From: Candidatus Latescibacterota bacterium
GTDB taxonomy: Bacteria > Latescibacterota > UBA2968 > UBA8231
Length of the DNA stretch: 64,000 bases
Reading direction: 5' to 3'
NCBI GenBank assembly: GCA_965242865.1
Contig: CBDETK010000013.1
Span: 3,424,001-3,488,000, forward strand
Shown here: one piece after another, positions 1-11,400 of the stretch
How positions within the stretch are numbered: the first letter of the stretch is position 1
How the letters are laid out: every line of letters begins with the position of its first letter
Notes under the pieces: model-generated
Told to the model about the DNA's origin: nothing
Databases searched by the model: none
The model's input: the letters and a program-made list of their open reading frames with translations, nothing else
Position numbers and translations under genes: made by a program

Positions 1-732
1 TTGGCCATCGCGCCCCAGCGCAGCGCGGAGGGCCGGGCGATTGCCGCGCAAAACTGGGACAACGACCCCGCGCTGGACCCCTTTACGATCGTGCTGACGC
101 GCCGGCCGGCCGGCAAGCCCGCGCTGCTGAACATCACCCAAGCGGGCCTCATCGCGTACATCGGATGCAACGACGCCGGTATGGGCGTCTGCATGAACAC
201 GCTGCCGGCCCCCAGCCGCCCGGTCGGCGTCCCGCACTACTTTGCCGTGCGCACCATCTACGAACAGACCTCGCTCAGCGGCGCGGTTGCTGCGGTGCGC
301 CGGGCCGACCGCGCCATTCCCGGCAACATCCTCCTCGCCACCCCGCAGGGGCCGGCCGATCTCGAACTCACCGTGGGCCGCGTCCACGTCTTGCGCGATG
401 ACGAGCTCGTGGTCCACACCAATCACTGCCTACACCCGGAGCTCGCGCCGATCAACCGCGAATTTCCCGAGCTGATCGAGTCCGGTCCGCGCTACGACCG
501 CGTCGAAGAATTGCTCGGTGCGGAACGGCGGGTCAGCATGGCGCAAGTACAAGCGGTCCTGCGCGACCACGACCGCCACCCCTACTCCATCTGCCGCCAC
601 GCCAACGACCATCCGCAGACCGGCTTTTGGACGAGCGTATTTTCGGTGGTGATCGAGGCCGATCGAGGCCGCATGCACATCAGCCGCGGCAACCCGTGCG
701 CGGCCCCGTACGAAACGTATTCGCTCAACTGA
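1..732 (+). CDS. C45 family Ntn peptidase / acyl-CoA:6-APA acyltransferase-like (5' truncated by window)
   Basis: AQNWD, GxNDAG and HTNH motifs plus C-terminal SRGNPC, typical of the AAT/C45 family. Confidence 0.8.
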   Translation: MAIAPQRSAEGRAIAAQNWDNDPALDPFTIVLTRRPAGKPALLNITQAGLIAYIGCNDAGMGVCMNTLPAPSRPVGVPHYFAVRTIYEQTSLSGAVAAVRRADRAIPGNILLATPQGPADLELTVGRVHVLRDDELVVHTNHCLHPELAPINREFPELIESGPRYDRVEELLGAERRVSMAQVQAVLRDHDRHPYSICRHANDHPQTGFWTSVFSVVIEADRGRMHISRGNPCAAPYETYSLN

Positions 733-743
733 CAGGAGGCACT

Positions 744-2195
744 ATGGGCACGCTGCACGGCACCATTATCGACGAAGTCTCGGGCGAATCGCTCGACGCC
801 AAAGTCCACATCCTCACGGCCTCGGGCACCTTTTCCCACCCCCCGAACTCCATGCTCAAGCGCGGCCCGGGCACGCCGTTTTTCTTTTGCGATGGGGCGT
901 TTGCCGTTGAGGGCAGCCGGGGGCGCACGGATGTGCTCGTCGAGCGCGGCACCGAGTACGAACCCCATCGCACGACCGTGGAACTGCCGGTCAAGGGCCG
1001 CGTCGAGCTGGAGATTCCGCTGCGCCGCTGGTATCGCCCCCAAGCAGAGGCTTGGTATCCGGGCAACACGCACATTCACTACGACGAGAAGGAGACCCGG
1101 CCCGACGAGCGGCTGGGGATTGATTGCAGCGTCGAAGGGTATAGTGTGACCTGCGTCAGCGTACTCGACCGCCGCCAGTTGCCCTACGCATCCAACAAGT
1201 ATCCCATTGGCGTGATGAACGAGTTTACCACCGCCCATCACGTCCTCGACATCGGCGAGGAAAACCGCCACTACGGCGACAACTCGCCGTGGGGCTTTGG
1301 CTACGGCCACGTGATGTTGCTCAACATCCGCAACCTCGTGCAGCCCGTCAGCCGCGGCCACACCCTCGCCGGGCAATTCGACCCGGATTACCCGCCCTTG
1401 TGCTTTTGCTGCGACGACGCCCGCGAGCAGGGCGGCTTGGTCATCTGGTGCCACAACGGGCGCGGCATGGAGGCCCCGGTGGCTGCGGCGCTCGGCAAGC
1501 TAGACGCCTTCAACCTGTTCGACCCCTTTTGGATGGATCCAGAATACGACCTCTGGTACAAGCTCCTCAACTGCGGCTTACGGCTGCCGGCCTCGACCGG
1601 CACGGATTGGTTTGTGTGCTCCAACAATCGCGTGTACGTGCAAGTGGCTGGGGAATTTTCGTACTCGCGCTGGATTGAGGGGATGAAGCAGGGGCGGACC
1701 TTCATCACCAACGGCCCGGCCCTCCAGCTCGCACTCAACGGCCAGCCGATGGGCGATACGGTGGAATGCAGCCGCGGCGCGGAGTTAGAGGCCGAAGTGA
1801 CCTTTAGCTCGTTTTATCCGCTGGAGCGCGCCGAGTTGGTGGTCAACGGCGCGGTCGTCCAGCGCTGGGACTGGCCGGCCGGCCGGCGCGAGGGCGCATT
1901 GCGCCACGGCTTCAGGGCCGAGCGCGACGGGTGGGTTGCCGCCCGCCTGTGGGGCGACTCACGCGACAGCTTTGGCCAGTCCATATACGCGCATTCGAGC
2001 CCGACCTACTTCTGCTGCGGCGCACCGCCGGCCGAGCGCGCGGCCGACGCCACCTTCTTCGCCCGCTCGATTGACGAATCGCTCCAGTGGATCGACGGGT
2101 ATGGTCGCTATAACGACGACCGGCAGCGCGAGGAGGTGCGCGAACTGTTCAGGAGGGGGCGCGAGGTGTACGCGGGGCTGGCCGGCCGAGCCTAA
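744..2195 (+). CDS. CehA/McbA family (PHP-like) metallohydrolase
   Basis: [25 protein letters not shown] and GRTFITNGP motifs; AGGAGG RBS before ATG 744. Confidence 0.75.
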   Translation: MGTLHGTIIDEVSGESLDAKVHILTASGTFSHPPNSMLKRGPGTPFFFCDGAFAVEGSRGRTDVLVERGTEYEPHRTTVELPVKGRVELEIPLRRWYRPQAEAWYPGNTHIHYDEKETRPDERLGIDCSVEGYSVTCVSVLDRRQLPYASNKYPIGVMNEFTTAHHVLDIGEENRHYGDNSPWGFGYGHVMLLNIRNLVQPVSRGHTLAGQFDPDYPPLCFCCDDAREQGGLVIWCHNGRGMEAPVAAALGKLDAFNLFDPFWMDPEYDLWYKLLNCGLRLPASTGTDWFVCSNNRVYVQVAGEFSYSRWIEGMKQGRTFITNGPALQLALNGQPMGDTVECSRGAELEAEVTFSSFYPLERAELVVNGAVVQRWDWPAGRREGALRHGFRAERDGWVAARLWGDSRDSFGQSIYAHSSPTYFCCGAPPAERAADATFFARSIDESLQWIDGYGRYNDDRQREEVRELFRRGREVYAGLAGRA

Positions 2196-3127
2196 TGGGC
2201 CAAAAACCGCTCGGCCTCAATCGCCGCCATACACCCGGTGCCGGCTGCGGTGACGGCTTGGCGGTACACGGAGTCTTGCACGTCGCCGCAGGCAAAAACC
2301 CCGGGGATGGTGGTCGCGGTCAAATCCGGCTCGGTGCGGATGTAGCCCTGCTCGTTCATGGCCAACGCGCCCGCGAAAAGCTGGGAATTGGGCACGTGGC
2401 CGATGGCGACGAAGACGCCGTCGCAGGCAAACTCGCGCGTCTGGCCGGTGTGGGTGTCGCGCAGCAGCACCCCGCGCACGGCCAATTCGTCATCCGCCTG
2501 TAAAATTTCCTCGACCGTGGCGTTCACCGCGAAGTCGATCTTGTCGTTGTCTTGGGCGCGCTTGAGCATGATTTTGGAGGCGCGAAACTCGGCGCGGCGG
2601 TGGACGATGGTGACCTTGGAGGCGAATTTCGTCAGGTAAGTCCCTTCCTCCATGGCCGAGTCGCCGCCGCCGACGACGACGAGCTCCTTGTCGCGAAAGA
2701 AAAAGCCGTCGCAGGTGGCGCAGGCCGAGACCCCGTGCCCCATCAGCCGCCGCTCGGATTCCAAGCCGAGCAGGCGCGCGGACGCGCCCGTGGCAATGAT
2801 CAGCGCGTCGCAGGTGTACTGGGTGCCATCGCTTTTGACCGCCAAGGGTCGCTCGGACAAATCAACCGCGGCCACCGTCTCGAACTTGCACTCGGCGCCA
2901 AAGCGCTGCGCCTGCTGGCGCATCAGATCGACCAGTTCGGGCCCCATGATGCCGTCGGGAAAGCCCGGGTAGTTTTCTACGTCCGTGGTAATGGTTAGCT
3001 GGCCGCCCGGCTGCGCGCCTTCTAGGACCAGCGGCGCGAGGTCGGCGCGGGCTGCGTACAGGGCGGCGGTCAGCCCGGCCGGCCCCGAGCCGACGATGAC
3101 GACCTTATAGTGGTGATTCGCGTTCAT
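2192..3127 (-). CDS. trxB: Thioredoxin-disulfide reductase
   Basis: [16 protein letters not shown] active site, [22 protein letters not shown]. Confidence 0.97.
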   Translation of the reverse strand: MNANHHYKVVIVGSGPAGLTAALYAARADLAPLVLEGAQPGGQLTITTDVENYPGFPDGIMGPELVDLMRQQAQRFGAECKFETVAAVDLSERPLAVKSDGTQYTCDALIIATGASARLLGLESERRLMGHGVSACATCDGFFFRDKELVVVGGGDSAMEEGTYLTKFASKVTIVHRRAEFRASKIMLKRAQDNDKIDFAVNATVEEILQADDELAVRGVLLRDTHTGQTREFACDGVFVAIGHVPNSQLFAGALAMNEQGYIRTEPDLTATTIPGVFACGDVQDSVYRQAVTAAGTGCMAAIEAERFLAH

Positions 3128-3140
3128 TGTTCTCCTTTGC

Positions 3141-4097
3141 TTAAACGATGCGGCTCAGAAGTTGTCGGCCCTCCAGCCCGGCCAGCAGGTTGCCCACCGA
3201 CCGCTCGGCCATGGCTTGGCGCGTCTGGTGGGTCGCGCTGCCCAAGTGGGGTATGACGACGAGGTTGTCCAGCGCGAGGAGGGGGTGATCGCGGGGCAGG
3301 GGTTCGGGTTCGGTCACGTCGAGGGCGGCTGCGTGGAGCTTGCCGCTTTGCAAGGCGGCCAGCAGCGCGTCGTGATCGACAACGCCCCCGCGCGCCGCGT
3401 TGACCAGCACGGCCGATGGCTTCATCAGGCCCAACTCGCGCCGGCCAATCATGCCCCGCGTCTGCTCGGTCAGTGGCATGTTCAAGGTCACGAAGTCTGC
3501 CTGTTGGAGTAGCTCGTCGAGCCCGACGTAGCGCACTTTGAGATCGGCTTCGGCTTTGGGGTTGCGGCGACGGTTGTGGTACAAGACGGTCATGTCAAAG
3601 GCCCGGGCGCGGCGCGCTACTTGGTAGCCGATGCTGCCCAGCCCGATGATTCCGAGGACTTGGTGGTGAACCTCCTGCCCCAGCATGAAGCTCGGATCGT
3701 AGGCCACAAAGTCCGGGCCGCGCGCAAAGCGGTCGCCTTGGATGAGGTTGCGTGCACCGGCTAAGAGGAGGGCAAAGGTCATATCGGCCGTCGCGCCGTC
3801 GAGGACGTTGGGCGTGTTGCCTACGGGGATGCCGCGCTCTTGGGCCGCTTGGAGGTCAATGTGATCTACGCCCACGCCGAAGTTGCTGATGACGCGAAGT
3901 TCGGGTATGAGGTCCATGTATTCGGCTGTGAAGGCGTAGTGGCCGTAGTTGTACACTCCTTCGATGGTGCGAAGGAGGGCGGCTGGCGGCTGCGGGTGCA
4001 ACGGATTCCAGCGCACGAGCTCGGCGTGGGCCTCGATCATGGGAATGATGGTGTGATACGGTTCGATTTCCGAGCGGATTAAGACTTTGTAGGGCAT
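3141..4097 (-). CDS. D-2-hydroxyacid dehydrogenase (glyoxylate reductase / D-glycerate dehydrogenase-like)
   Basis: [34 protein letters not shown]; start taken at MPYKV. Confidence 0.9.
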   Translation of the reverse strand: MPYKVLIRSEIEPYHTIIPMIEAHAELVRWNPLHPQPPAALLRTIEGVYNYGHYAFTAEYMDLIPELRVISNFGVGVDHIDLQAAQERGIPVGNTPNVLDGATADMTFALLLAGARNLIQGDRFARGPDFVAYDPSFMLGQEVHHQVLGIIGLGSIGYQVARRARAFDMTVLYHNRRRNPKAEADLKVRYVGLDELLQQADFVTLNMPLTEQTRGMIGRRELGLMKPSAVLVNAARGGVVDHDALLAALQSGKLHAAALDVTEPEPLPRDHPLLALDNLVVIPHLGSATHQTRQAMAERSVGNLLAGLEGRQLLSRIV

Positions 4098-4113
4098 TTT
4101 TATTCTCGAGTAA

Positions 4114-4299
4114 TCACAAGTGCAGTCTGAAAGTCCCGGGGACCGAGGCGCGGTCGAAGTGGCACAGCACGGCATCTTGGACCATTCGCTTCAGATCTTC
4201 CCACGAGTCAGCTTGAGTGATGATGTCGCATCCTACAGCCTCGGCGTAGTAGCCCCCTTCCTTTGCTTCGTGGACTTCAAAAACTATTTCGTTTGGCAT
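4114..4299 (-). CDS. HicB-like antitoxin-family small protein, possibly C-terminally truncated, no toxin partner
   Basis: EIVFEVHEAKEGGYYA...ITQADSWEDL...DAVLCHF pattern of the short HicB-like family. Confidence 0.65.
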   Translation of the reverse strand: MPNEIVFEVHEAKEGGYYAEAVGCDIITQADSWEDLKRMVQDAVLCHFDRASVPGTFRLHL

Positions 4300-4484
4300 A
4301 ATCTAACGTCCTATACACGTATCACGCATAAAATCGGCAGCAACGCACCAGTGGAGAGTAAAATACCAAGACCTTCTGAGCAAGCCCTCCACGGCAGGAT
4401 AGAGGCAAGCGCGAAAGAAGTCTTGACGCAAGGCCCTCGGTGGCCGACGTTGAAACCCTTTCCGGCCCCTTTCAAGACGAAATT

Positions 4485-5234
4485 ATGCTGATCGCACATC
4501 CCCAAGGACACTATCGCTTTCTCCGGGGCATTGACCCCTACTCCTGCGGCGTCGTGGCCGAGCCGGGCTGGGAGATCGTCCGCGTCGTACTCGCTGAGCC
4601 GTTGCCTTGGCGCGAGGGCTTTGAGCGGGTGGAAGCGCATCTGGCGGCAGAAGGCCGCGACCGCGTCGCGCTCTGTGCAATGGAACTGCGCTCGCCCGCG
4701 CCCTTTACCATGCAGGGATTTATCGACTTCAACCGCGACTATTGCGCTGTCCTGCAGGCGTGGGGTTTGTACGTAGAAGAGCTCAATCCGGTGGCCCGCA
4801 CAAATGTCGCGCCGGCCTGCGACCCGCCAGCGGAGCCTTCGCTGCACGCCTTTTCCTACGCGGTTCCCAACGACCGCATCGACCGCAAAACCCTGATCGT
4901 GGCCGGGGCCGGCGAGTTGCGGGCCGGTCGCCTCGCGTCCGAGGGGATTATCCGCCCGGGCGATACATCGCCCGCGGCCATGCGCGAGAAGGCCGCTTAT
5001 GTGGCGCAGGTCATGGGCGAGCGGCTCGCCGGGCTTGGCGGGACGTGGGATTTAATCGACGAGGTTGGCGTGTACACCATCTATCCCCTCGCGGAAATTC
5101 TCGCGGAAATTCTCCTGCCGACGATGGACGCGGCGCGGCGATGCGGCGTCTGTTGGCACTACGCCCGGCCGCCGATTGTGGACATTGACTTTGAGATGGA
5201 TCTGCACGGCGTAGTCTCGCAGCGGATCGTCTAA
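4485..5234 (+). CDS. CnbZ-like 2-amino-5-chloromuconate deaminase family protein
   Basis: YSCGVVAEPG, ELRSPAPFTMQGFIDFN and NPVARTNV match my recollection of the CnbZ family. Confidence 0.7.
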   Translation: MLIAHPQGHYRFLRGIDPYSCGVVAEPGWEIVRVVLAEPLPWREGFERVEAHLAAEGRDRVALCAMELRSPAPFTMQGFIDFNRDYCAVLQAWGLYVEELNPVARTNVAPACDPPAEPSLHAFSYAVPNDRIDRKTLIVAGAGELRAGRLASEGIIRPGDTSPAAMREKAAYVAQVMGERLAGLGGTWDLIDEVGVYTIYPLAEILAEILLPTMDAARRCGVCWHYARPPIVDIDFEMDLHGVVSQRIV

Positions 5235-5350
5235 GGCCGCCAGTGCCAGCCCCGCATTTGCTCCCAGTGGACATACTTGGTGTTGCTGCCCGGCCTGTCT
5301 CTCGTGTGCTGTTCGTGATGCGACAGGTCAATAAGTCCGCAAAAATTACT

Positions 5351-6703
5351 TCAAGTTTGTTCCCACACGGCGTCTTGCTCTCGCCGCAGTTGCAACGCCA
5401 GCGAATCCGGCACATCGACCATGGCGTAGGCAATGGCGTCGCCTTGCCGCACGTCTTGGTTGAGCACGGCCCCACCGGACAATCCCAACGGCAACAGCCC
5501 CTCTTGGCGGGCCACAGTGGCCTTTTCGCTCTGTCCCACCACGGTGTAGCCGCCTCCGCCGTCGAGCGTCTCTCCGGCTTTGAGATCGCGCTTGGCCACG
5601 GCGACCACCTCGGCTGTGGGCACCGGGCGTGGGGCGCCGGTCGGCAGGCCGTAGAGCGCGACTTTGGCGATGGTGATCGGGGCCTCAACCGCCACCAAGT
5701 GATAGGGGCGGTAGAGGAGGAAGTTTTTGCCGTCGCCGCCCGGATGCAGGTGATAGGTGGCGAGGTCTTCTACCGTAAAGGCGTGCTCGCTGCGGGCGAC
5801 GACAAAGACGCCCATCCGCAGCGGATCGGCGAGCAGGGTTTTGCCGTCCTCGGCGACGCTGTTGGCCAGCTCGACGACCCCGCGTTGGCTCAACAGCCCC
5901 CCTTCTTCGGCCAAGCTGAACTTTTGCGGAATGTCCGCCAAATTGCACGACGGCTCGTGCATGCCCCTTATGTCGGGGACTAGCCCGGCCATGTTGGCGA
6001 TGGCCGTGGCCTCGACTTGGGCTTTGGTGCCGTCGCGGAAGGAGTTGTACATCTTCAAGCTGATGTTGCGCCGTTGCAAGGTTTCTGCGTCAAAGCCAAA
6101 CCGCGCCGCTGCATTGTCCGGGGTGCCTTGGGGATCGTCGGCCAAGAGCACGGTGCCGCGCCCCGCAGCCACCACCTCCAAGCCGAGGGACCGCGCCCAT
6201 TCGATCATGTTCATGGCCACCCCAGGCTGATCGCCATCGACGAGCGAGTACACCACGCCGGCCCGGTCGGCCTTGCGCTTGAGCAGCGCCCCGATCGTCA
6301 CATCCGTTTCGACGTTGACCATCACGAGGTGGTGGCCGCTGGCAATCGCCGCGCTGGCCATGCTGGCCCCGACCGCGGTCAAGCCCGTCGCTTCCACCAC
6401 CACGTCCAACCCCTCGGCTTGTGCGACCAACAGCCCGTCTTCAACGACGGTGAATTTCCCCGCGTGTATGGCCGCGGCCACCGCCGACGGGCTGTCCGCC
6501 GTTTCGACCGCAACATCCCCGTACCCCGCCGTATATGCGTAGCGGGCACGCGCTAAGTTGATGTCGGCAATGGCCGAGACGACCATGCCCTGCATCTGGG
6601 CAATCTGCGCGACCAGCCCCCCGCCGAATTTTCCCGCGCCGATGAGGCCGACGCGAATCGGTTTGCCTTGCCGCTCGCGGTCGGCGAGCAATGCGCTAAG
6701 CAT
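5351..6703 (-). CDS. Homoserine dehydrogenase-like NAD(P)-dependent oxidoreductase with C-terminal SAF domain
   Basis: GLIGAGKFG, MVNVETD, GDQPG, DGTK, RPYHL, AKRDLKAGETLDGGGGY. Confidence 0.85.
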   Translation of the reverse strand: MLSALLADRERQGKPIRVGLIGAGKFGGGLVAQIAQMQGMVVSAIADINLARARYAYTAGYGDVAVETADSPSAVAAAIHAGKFTVVEDGLLVAQAEGLDVVVEATGLTAVGASMASAAIASGHHLVMVNVETDVTIGALLKRKADRAGVVYSLVDGDQPGVAMNMIEWARSLGLEVVAAGRGTVLLADDPQGTPDNAAARFGFDAETLQRRNISLKMYNSFRDGTKAQVEATAIANMAGLVPDIRGMHEPSCNLADIPQKFSLAEEGGLLSQRGVVELANSVAEDGKTLLADPLRMGVFVVARSEHAFTVEDLATYHLHPGGDGKNFLLYRPYHLVAVEAPITIAKVALYGLPTGAPRPVPTAEVVAVAKRDLKAGETLDGGGGYTVVGQSEKATVARQEGLLPLGLSGGAVLNQDVRQGDAIAYAMVDVPDSLALQLRREQDAVWEQT

Positions 6704-6722
6704 GTATTCCTCCTTGCGTTGT

Positions 6723-8399
6723 TTAGCAGAAATCCAAATCCGCCCCCAAGTTCGCCTGCAAGACGCGCTCGGCGTACAGCCGCGGCCATCCCCGGGCGGG
6801 CGCGGCCGGCGCGGTCCATTCGGCCCGCCGGCGGGCGAGGATTTCCTCCGGGACGAGCAAATCCAAGCGGCCGGCTTCTACGTCCAACTCGATTAGATCG
6901 CCGTCGCGGACCAGCGCCAACGGCCCCCCAATGGCCGCTTCCGGGGCCACGTGCAAAGCGACCGTCCCATACGCCGTGCCGCTCATCCGCCCATCGGAAA
7001 CGCGCACCATGTCCTCGACCCCTTGGGCGGCGAGGTACTTGGGCAAGGGCATGGAGCCCGCTTCGGGCATGCCCAAGGCCACCGGCCCGGCCCCGCGCAA
7101 CACTAGTACGTGCGCCGGCGTAATGCTCAAGGCGGGGTCGTCAACGCCCGCGGCTGCGTCCGGTCCGTCGAACACGACAGCCGGCCCTCGGTGCTTGTGC
7201 AGGTGGGGGGACGAGGTGGCCTTCTTTAAGACCGCTCCATCGGGCGCGAGCGAGCCTTTTAGCACCACGAGGGAGGACGCTGGCCCCAGCGGCGCGGCCA
7301 AGGTGCGGACCGCGGTCTGCCACGCGCCGGGTGCGGCCACCTCCTGCAAGAGTGCGCCGAGCGGTTGGCCGGTGACTCCCACCGCATCGAGGTCGAGCAT
7401 CGGCGTCAGTGCCTTGAGCAGGACGGGTACGCCGCCGGCCTTGTCAAAATCCTCCATGTACCCAGTGCCCGCTGGCTTGCAATCGACCAGCAGGGGCACT
7501 TGTTGGGCGGCCGCGTGAAAGTCGTCGAGCGACAAGCTCACGCCGACCCGGCGCGCAATCGCGAGCAGATGCACGACCGCATTTGTGGAGCCGCTCAGCG
7601 CGGCCAGCACCTTGAGCGCGTTGGCAAAGGCCGCGGGCGTTAGGATGTCTCGCGCCGAGCGTCCCTCGGCGGCTAAGGCTACGGCCCGGCGCCCCGTGGC
7701 TACCCCGAGTCGCAAACGCTGACCTGAGACCGCCGCGGGGGTGGCCGCGCCCGGCAGCATCAGCCCGAGGGTTTCGGCCACGCAGGCCATGGTTGAGGCC
7801 GTGCCCATGACCATGCAGGTCCCGGCCGTTGGGCACAGGCTCTGCTCGACCGCGGCGATTTCTTCGGCGCTGAGTGCGCCGGCCCGGTGCTGCGCCCAGT
7901 AGCGGCGGCAATCCGTACACGCGCCCAACCGCTCGCCCCGCCAGTCCCCGGCCAGCATCGGCCCGGCCACGAGGTGGATGGCGGGCACGGGCGCGGCAGC
8001 CGAGGCCATGAGTTGGGCTGGCAGGGTTTTGTCGCAGCCGCCGAGCAGCACGACCGCGTCCATGGGCTGGGCGGCGATCATTTCCTCGGTCGCCATGGCC
8101 ATGAGGTTGCGGTAGAGCATGGCGGTTGGCGACAGGAGGATTTCGCCGAGGGAAAGGGTTGGAAAGACCAAGGGCAGCCCGCCCGCTTCCAACACGCCCC
8201 GTTTGACCGCTTCCACGAGCTGGGGCATGGCGCGATGGCAGGTGGTGTAGTCGGACGAAGTATCGGCGATGCCGACGACGGGCCGCTGCAAATCCGCCTC
8301 GTCGTAGCCAGCCGAAGCGAGAAAAGCGCGGCGCAAGTAGCGGCTAAACCCTGGGTCGGCGTAGTGGGTTAGGTTGCGGTCGATTCCGGTGGGAGGCAT
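6723..8399 (-). CDS. IlvD/Edd family dehydratase (dihydroxy-acid or sugar-acid dehydratase)
   Basis: GGCDKT, GTCMVMGTASTM, GSTNAVVHL, SDGRMSGT, HVAPEAA. Confidence 0.93.
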   Translation of the reverse strand: MPPTGIDRNLTHYADPGFSRYLRRAFLASAGYDEADLQRPVVGIADTSSDYTTCHRAMPQLVEAVKRGVLEAGGLPLVFPTLSLGEILLSPTAMLYRNLMAMATEEMIAAQPMDAVVLLGGCDKTLPAQLMASAAAPVPAIHLVAGPMLAGDWRGERLGACTDCRRYWAQHRAGALSAEEIAAVEQSLCPTAGTCMVMGTASTMACVAETLGLMLPGAATPAAVSGQRLRLGVATGRRAVALAAEGRSARDILTPAAFANALKVLAALSGSTNAVVHLLAIARRVGVSLSLDDFHAAAQQVPLLVDCKPAGTGYMEDFDKAGGVPVLLKALTPMLDLDAVGVTGQPLGALLQEVAAPGAWQTAVRTLAAPLGPASSLVVLKGSLAPDGAVLKKATSSPHLHKHRGPAVVFDGPDAAAGVDDPALSITPAHVLVLRGAGPVALGMPEAGSMPLPKYLAAQGVEDMVRVSDGRMSGTAYGTVALHVAPEAAIGGPLALVRDGDLIELDVEAGRLDLLVPEEILARRRAEWTAPAAPARGWPRLYAERVLQANLGADLDFC

Positions 8400-8423
8400 G
8401 GGTTCCTTATTCTGTGGAGCGGA

Positions 8424-11400
8424 TTACGTCAATAGTTGCTTTACCAACGTCTCTACTTGCTTACCTTCGCCCGATTGGGCGAGCCACCCGCGCAATTCGC
8501 GGCGGGCTACGGTCGTGCTGACCGTATCGCCGCGTTGCTTGTATAGGTTTTGCAACTGCTGCGCGGCCTCGCTTGCCGCCGCTTGGCCGGCGGTCGCAAT
8601 GTTCTGATGCAAACGGTTCGCTGCATCGTATTCCGGTATCGACAATTTCCACAGGTGCTTTTGCAAATGGCGCGCTCCAAACTGCCCCTTGGCCATCAAC
8701 GGTTTCGCCGTTTCATACAGGGTGCGGCTATTGATGATGGCGAGTACGTAATGGGCCTCTTGAAGGTCCTTGCAAGGTGCCCAGAATAACGTGTAGTCAA
8801 TTATAGCATCATGGGTATCTATAATCGCAGCCGTAGGTTGTCCTGAAGCAGTGTACACCACGCGAATGGGAACGCCCTTGTCATTCTTTCGCCATTCGAG
8901 TTGCGCCGAGAGTTTGCCATGATAGTCCAACCACTGTAGCAAGTTCTTGGGGTTGTTAGCCCCCTTATTCTGTTCCCATAGCATACTGACCTGCTGCCAC
9001 CGTCCCCGCATCCGCTGTTCCAACCCACCGAGATGAATGCCTCCCGTTCCATTAGCGTCCACAGGCAGTTCAGCGTCGTTTCGTTTTAAGGGCAAAAGGG
9101 CTTTCAGCGGTGTCAATGTCGCGTAGGGAACGACCGTCTCTCCCAAGTGAACGTCAAACAAGTGTGCTTTCTCTATGGTCTGCCCGGTGATGGCGGTCAG
9201 ATCGAGAGCCTTCCACGGTGCTTTGTCATTGCTACCTCGGCGCGGCTCCACCTTAACGGTTTGCGCGGCGCGAACAAGAGTGGTGCTCTCGACCTCATGT
9301 ACAAAGAAAAGACAGCGCGGCACAATGGAAGCTCCCTGCCGAAAGCGGTCCGCATAAGGCGATGTTCCACTGAGCGACGTGTCGGTAATAGCGATTTGCT
9401 CCCGCCGCACATCCTCCGCTCCGGTCGTCCCCTGCCATTGCTCAACCTCGTCGCTCAAGGGCGTCGCTTTGCCATTTTCACCCATCCACTCGGCAAACGC
9501 GACACAAGACGCAACCGGAAAAAACGTGTTGGGGTCGAGTTTTTCCAGATCCCACGCCGGTTTATAGCCAAAATTCACCGCCAAATCGCCCCATTGTCCC
9601 GTGCGCCACTTGGCGTACTGCCCAGTTTGCAGCGCACTGTGCGGCAACACCATGGCGATGACGCCGCCAATTCTCAGGTAGAGCGCGACGCTACGGGCAA
9701 AGAAAAGCCCGGCGACATCTTGATGCGTTGCGTAGCGACCTCCCTGCCAGATGTGATATAGCTCCTTGCTCTGCTGCACCAGCTTATCGCGCAACACGCT
9801 AGCGGTATTGCGATAATTCAGCCACGGCGGGTTGCCGACAATCACATCGACCTTGCGGCGGCTCAACGCCACCGGACGAACCAAGTTGCGCGTGTAATAC
9901 GCCCAGATGTGATTGCGCCCTTCGGCGTGTAAATCCTGCATGATCCCAATCGTCGTCGTTAACGTCTGTCGCTGGGCCGGGTCCATAATCCCATGATCGT
10001 CCAACGCAACGAGTGGATCATGGCCGCGCTCAATCGCATCGGCAATGTCGCTCATCAGCCGGTCAAACGTGTCGGCTTGCTCCACCAAGCGAATCGGGAA
10101 AATCAGCTTTTTGTCGAACTCATCGCCTTCCACCTCAATGCCTATATCGCCGCTGATAAACAAGTCGCCGGTTTGGTAGTGCAACTGCAAGGCGTCTCCC
10201 AAATACACGGGTATCGCTACGTTTCCCGCATACCCAGCGTTGGTAGCCGCTTCGAGGAGGGGCCGCGCGGCCATCACCCAAGCCGTGCGAGCGAGCCGCA
10301 CCGCCACCGGATGCACGTCAATACCCATCACCGCCTCGCGCAGCCGCTTCAATGCCTCTTTGGGATCCAGCGCCGCTTCTGTGGCCGCTTCGACAAAGTG
10401 GCGCACCGCCACGGCGACAAACGTGCCAGAGCCACAAGACGGGTCGAGAACCCGCTGGCCGAGCGGGTCTGTCACCACCTCCTGCACCATCGCCTGCGCC
10501 AGCCATTCCGGGGTATAATACTCGCCCAACTGGCGGCGTTCATCGGGCGGAATAATCGCTTCATACAAGGTTGCGGCGATGTCGGCCGGGGCTTCCTGCC
10601 AGTTAAAGCGGGCGACGTGCTCAGCCATCCGCGCAACGAGCCGCTCCCCACCCACTTCGGCCGGCCATGCAAAAAAATCGGACTCAATAATGTCTTGCAG
10701 GCCGGTGTCGTCGCGGAACTGCCGGCCGTAGAGCAAATCCGTTGGATCATTAGCGGCTCGTTCCCGAATATCGATGCCAAAGTACGCCTGTACCACCATG
10801 CCGATAACCATGCTCAGGTACGTGTGCCGGACAAACAGATCGTCTAGCTCGTCGGGCGTCCGAGCGATCTCGCCCAACGCCGCACGCAACAAGGTTTCCC
10901 ACAGACGGCACTTGACGCGGACGGTTTCGCGGTCTTTCGCCCCTTGGTAGAGCACGTTAAGGGCGTCAATATCCCGCCGATACAACGGGCTGTTCGGCCC
11001 AAAATTCTGCTCGACCTCAGTGCGCCGCGCTGGAATGTCGTCCTGCGTACCGATGACCTTGTCGCGCAGCCACTCGTACAAAAGCAGCCAGTCAGCCGCC
11101 GATTCTAGGGTAAAGCAATATGGCTTAGTCGCTTTGACCTCGCCGGCATTCGGCCAGCGCAGGAGCCAGTACCGCCCGTCTGTGAGAACGCCCATCCGCG
11201 CGCTCCGCTCATACGTCATGGATTCCGCCAAGTATTTATCCAACTGCTTCACATAGATTTCATTGGGACTAAAGCCGCCGGTCGTGCTGATGCGCTTCTT
11301 GATTTCGATAAACGTGTTGGACGCCTTCAAATCCACAGCGCGCACCGAGTGGCCCGATGGCGACACTTCCTCGGCGACTTCGTTTGCATCAACCAATCCC

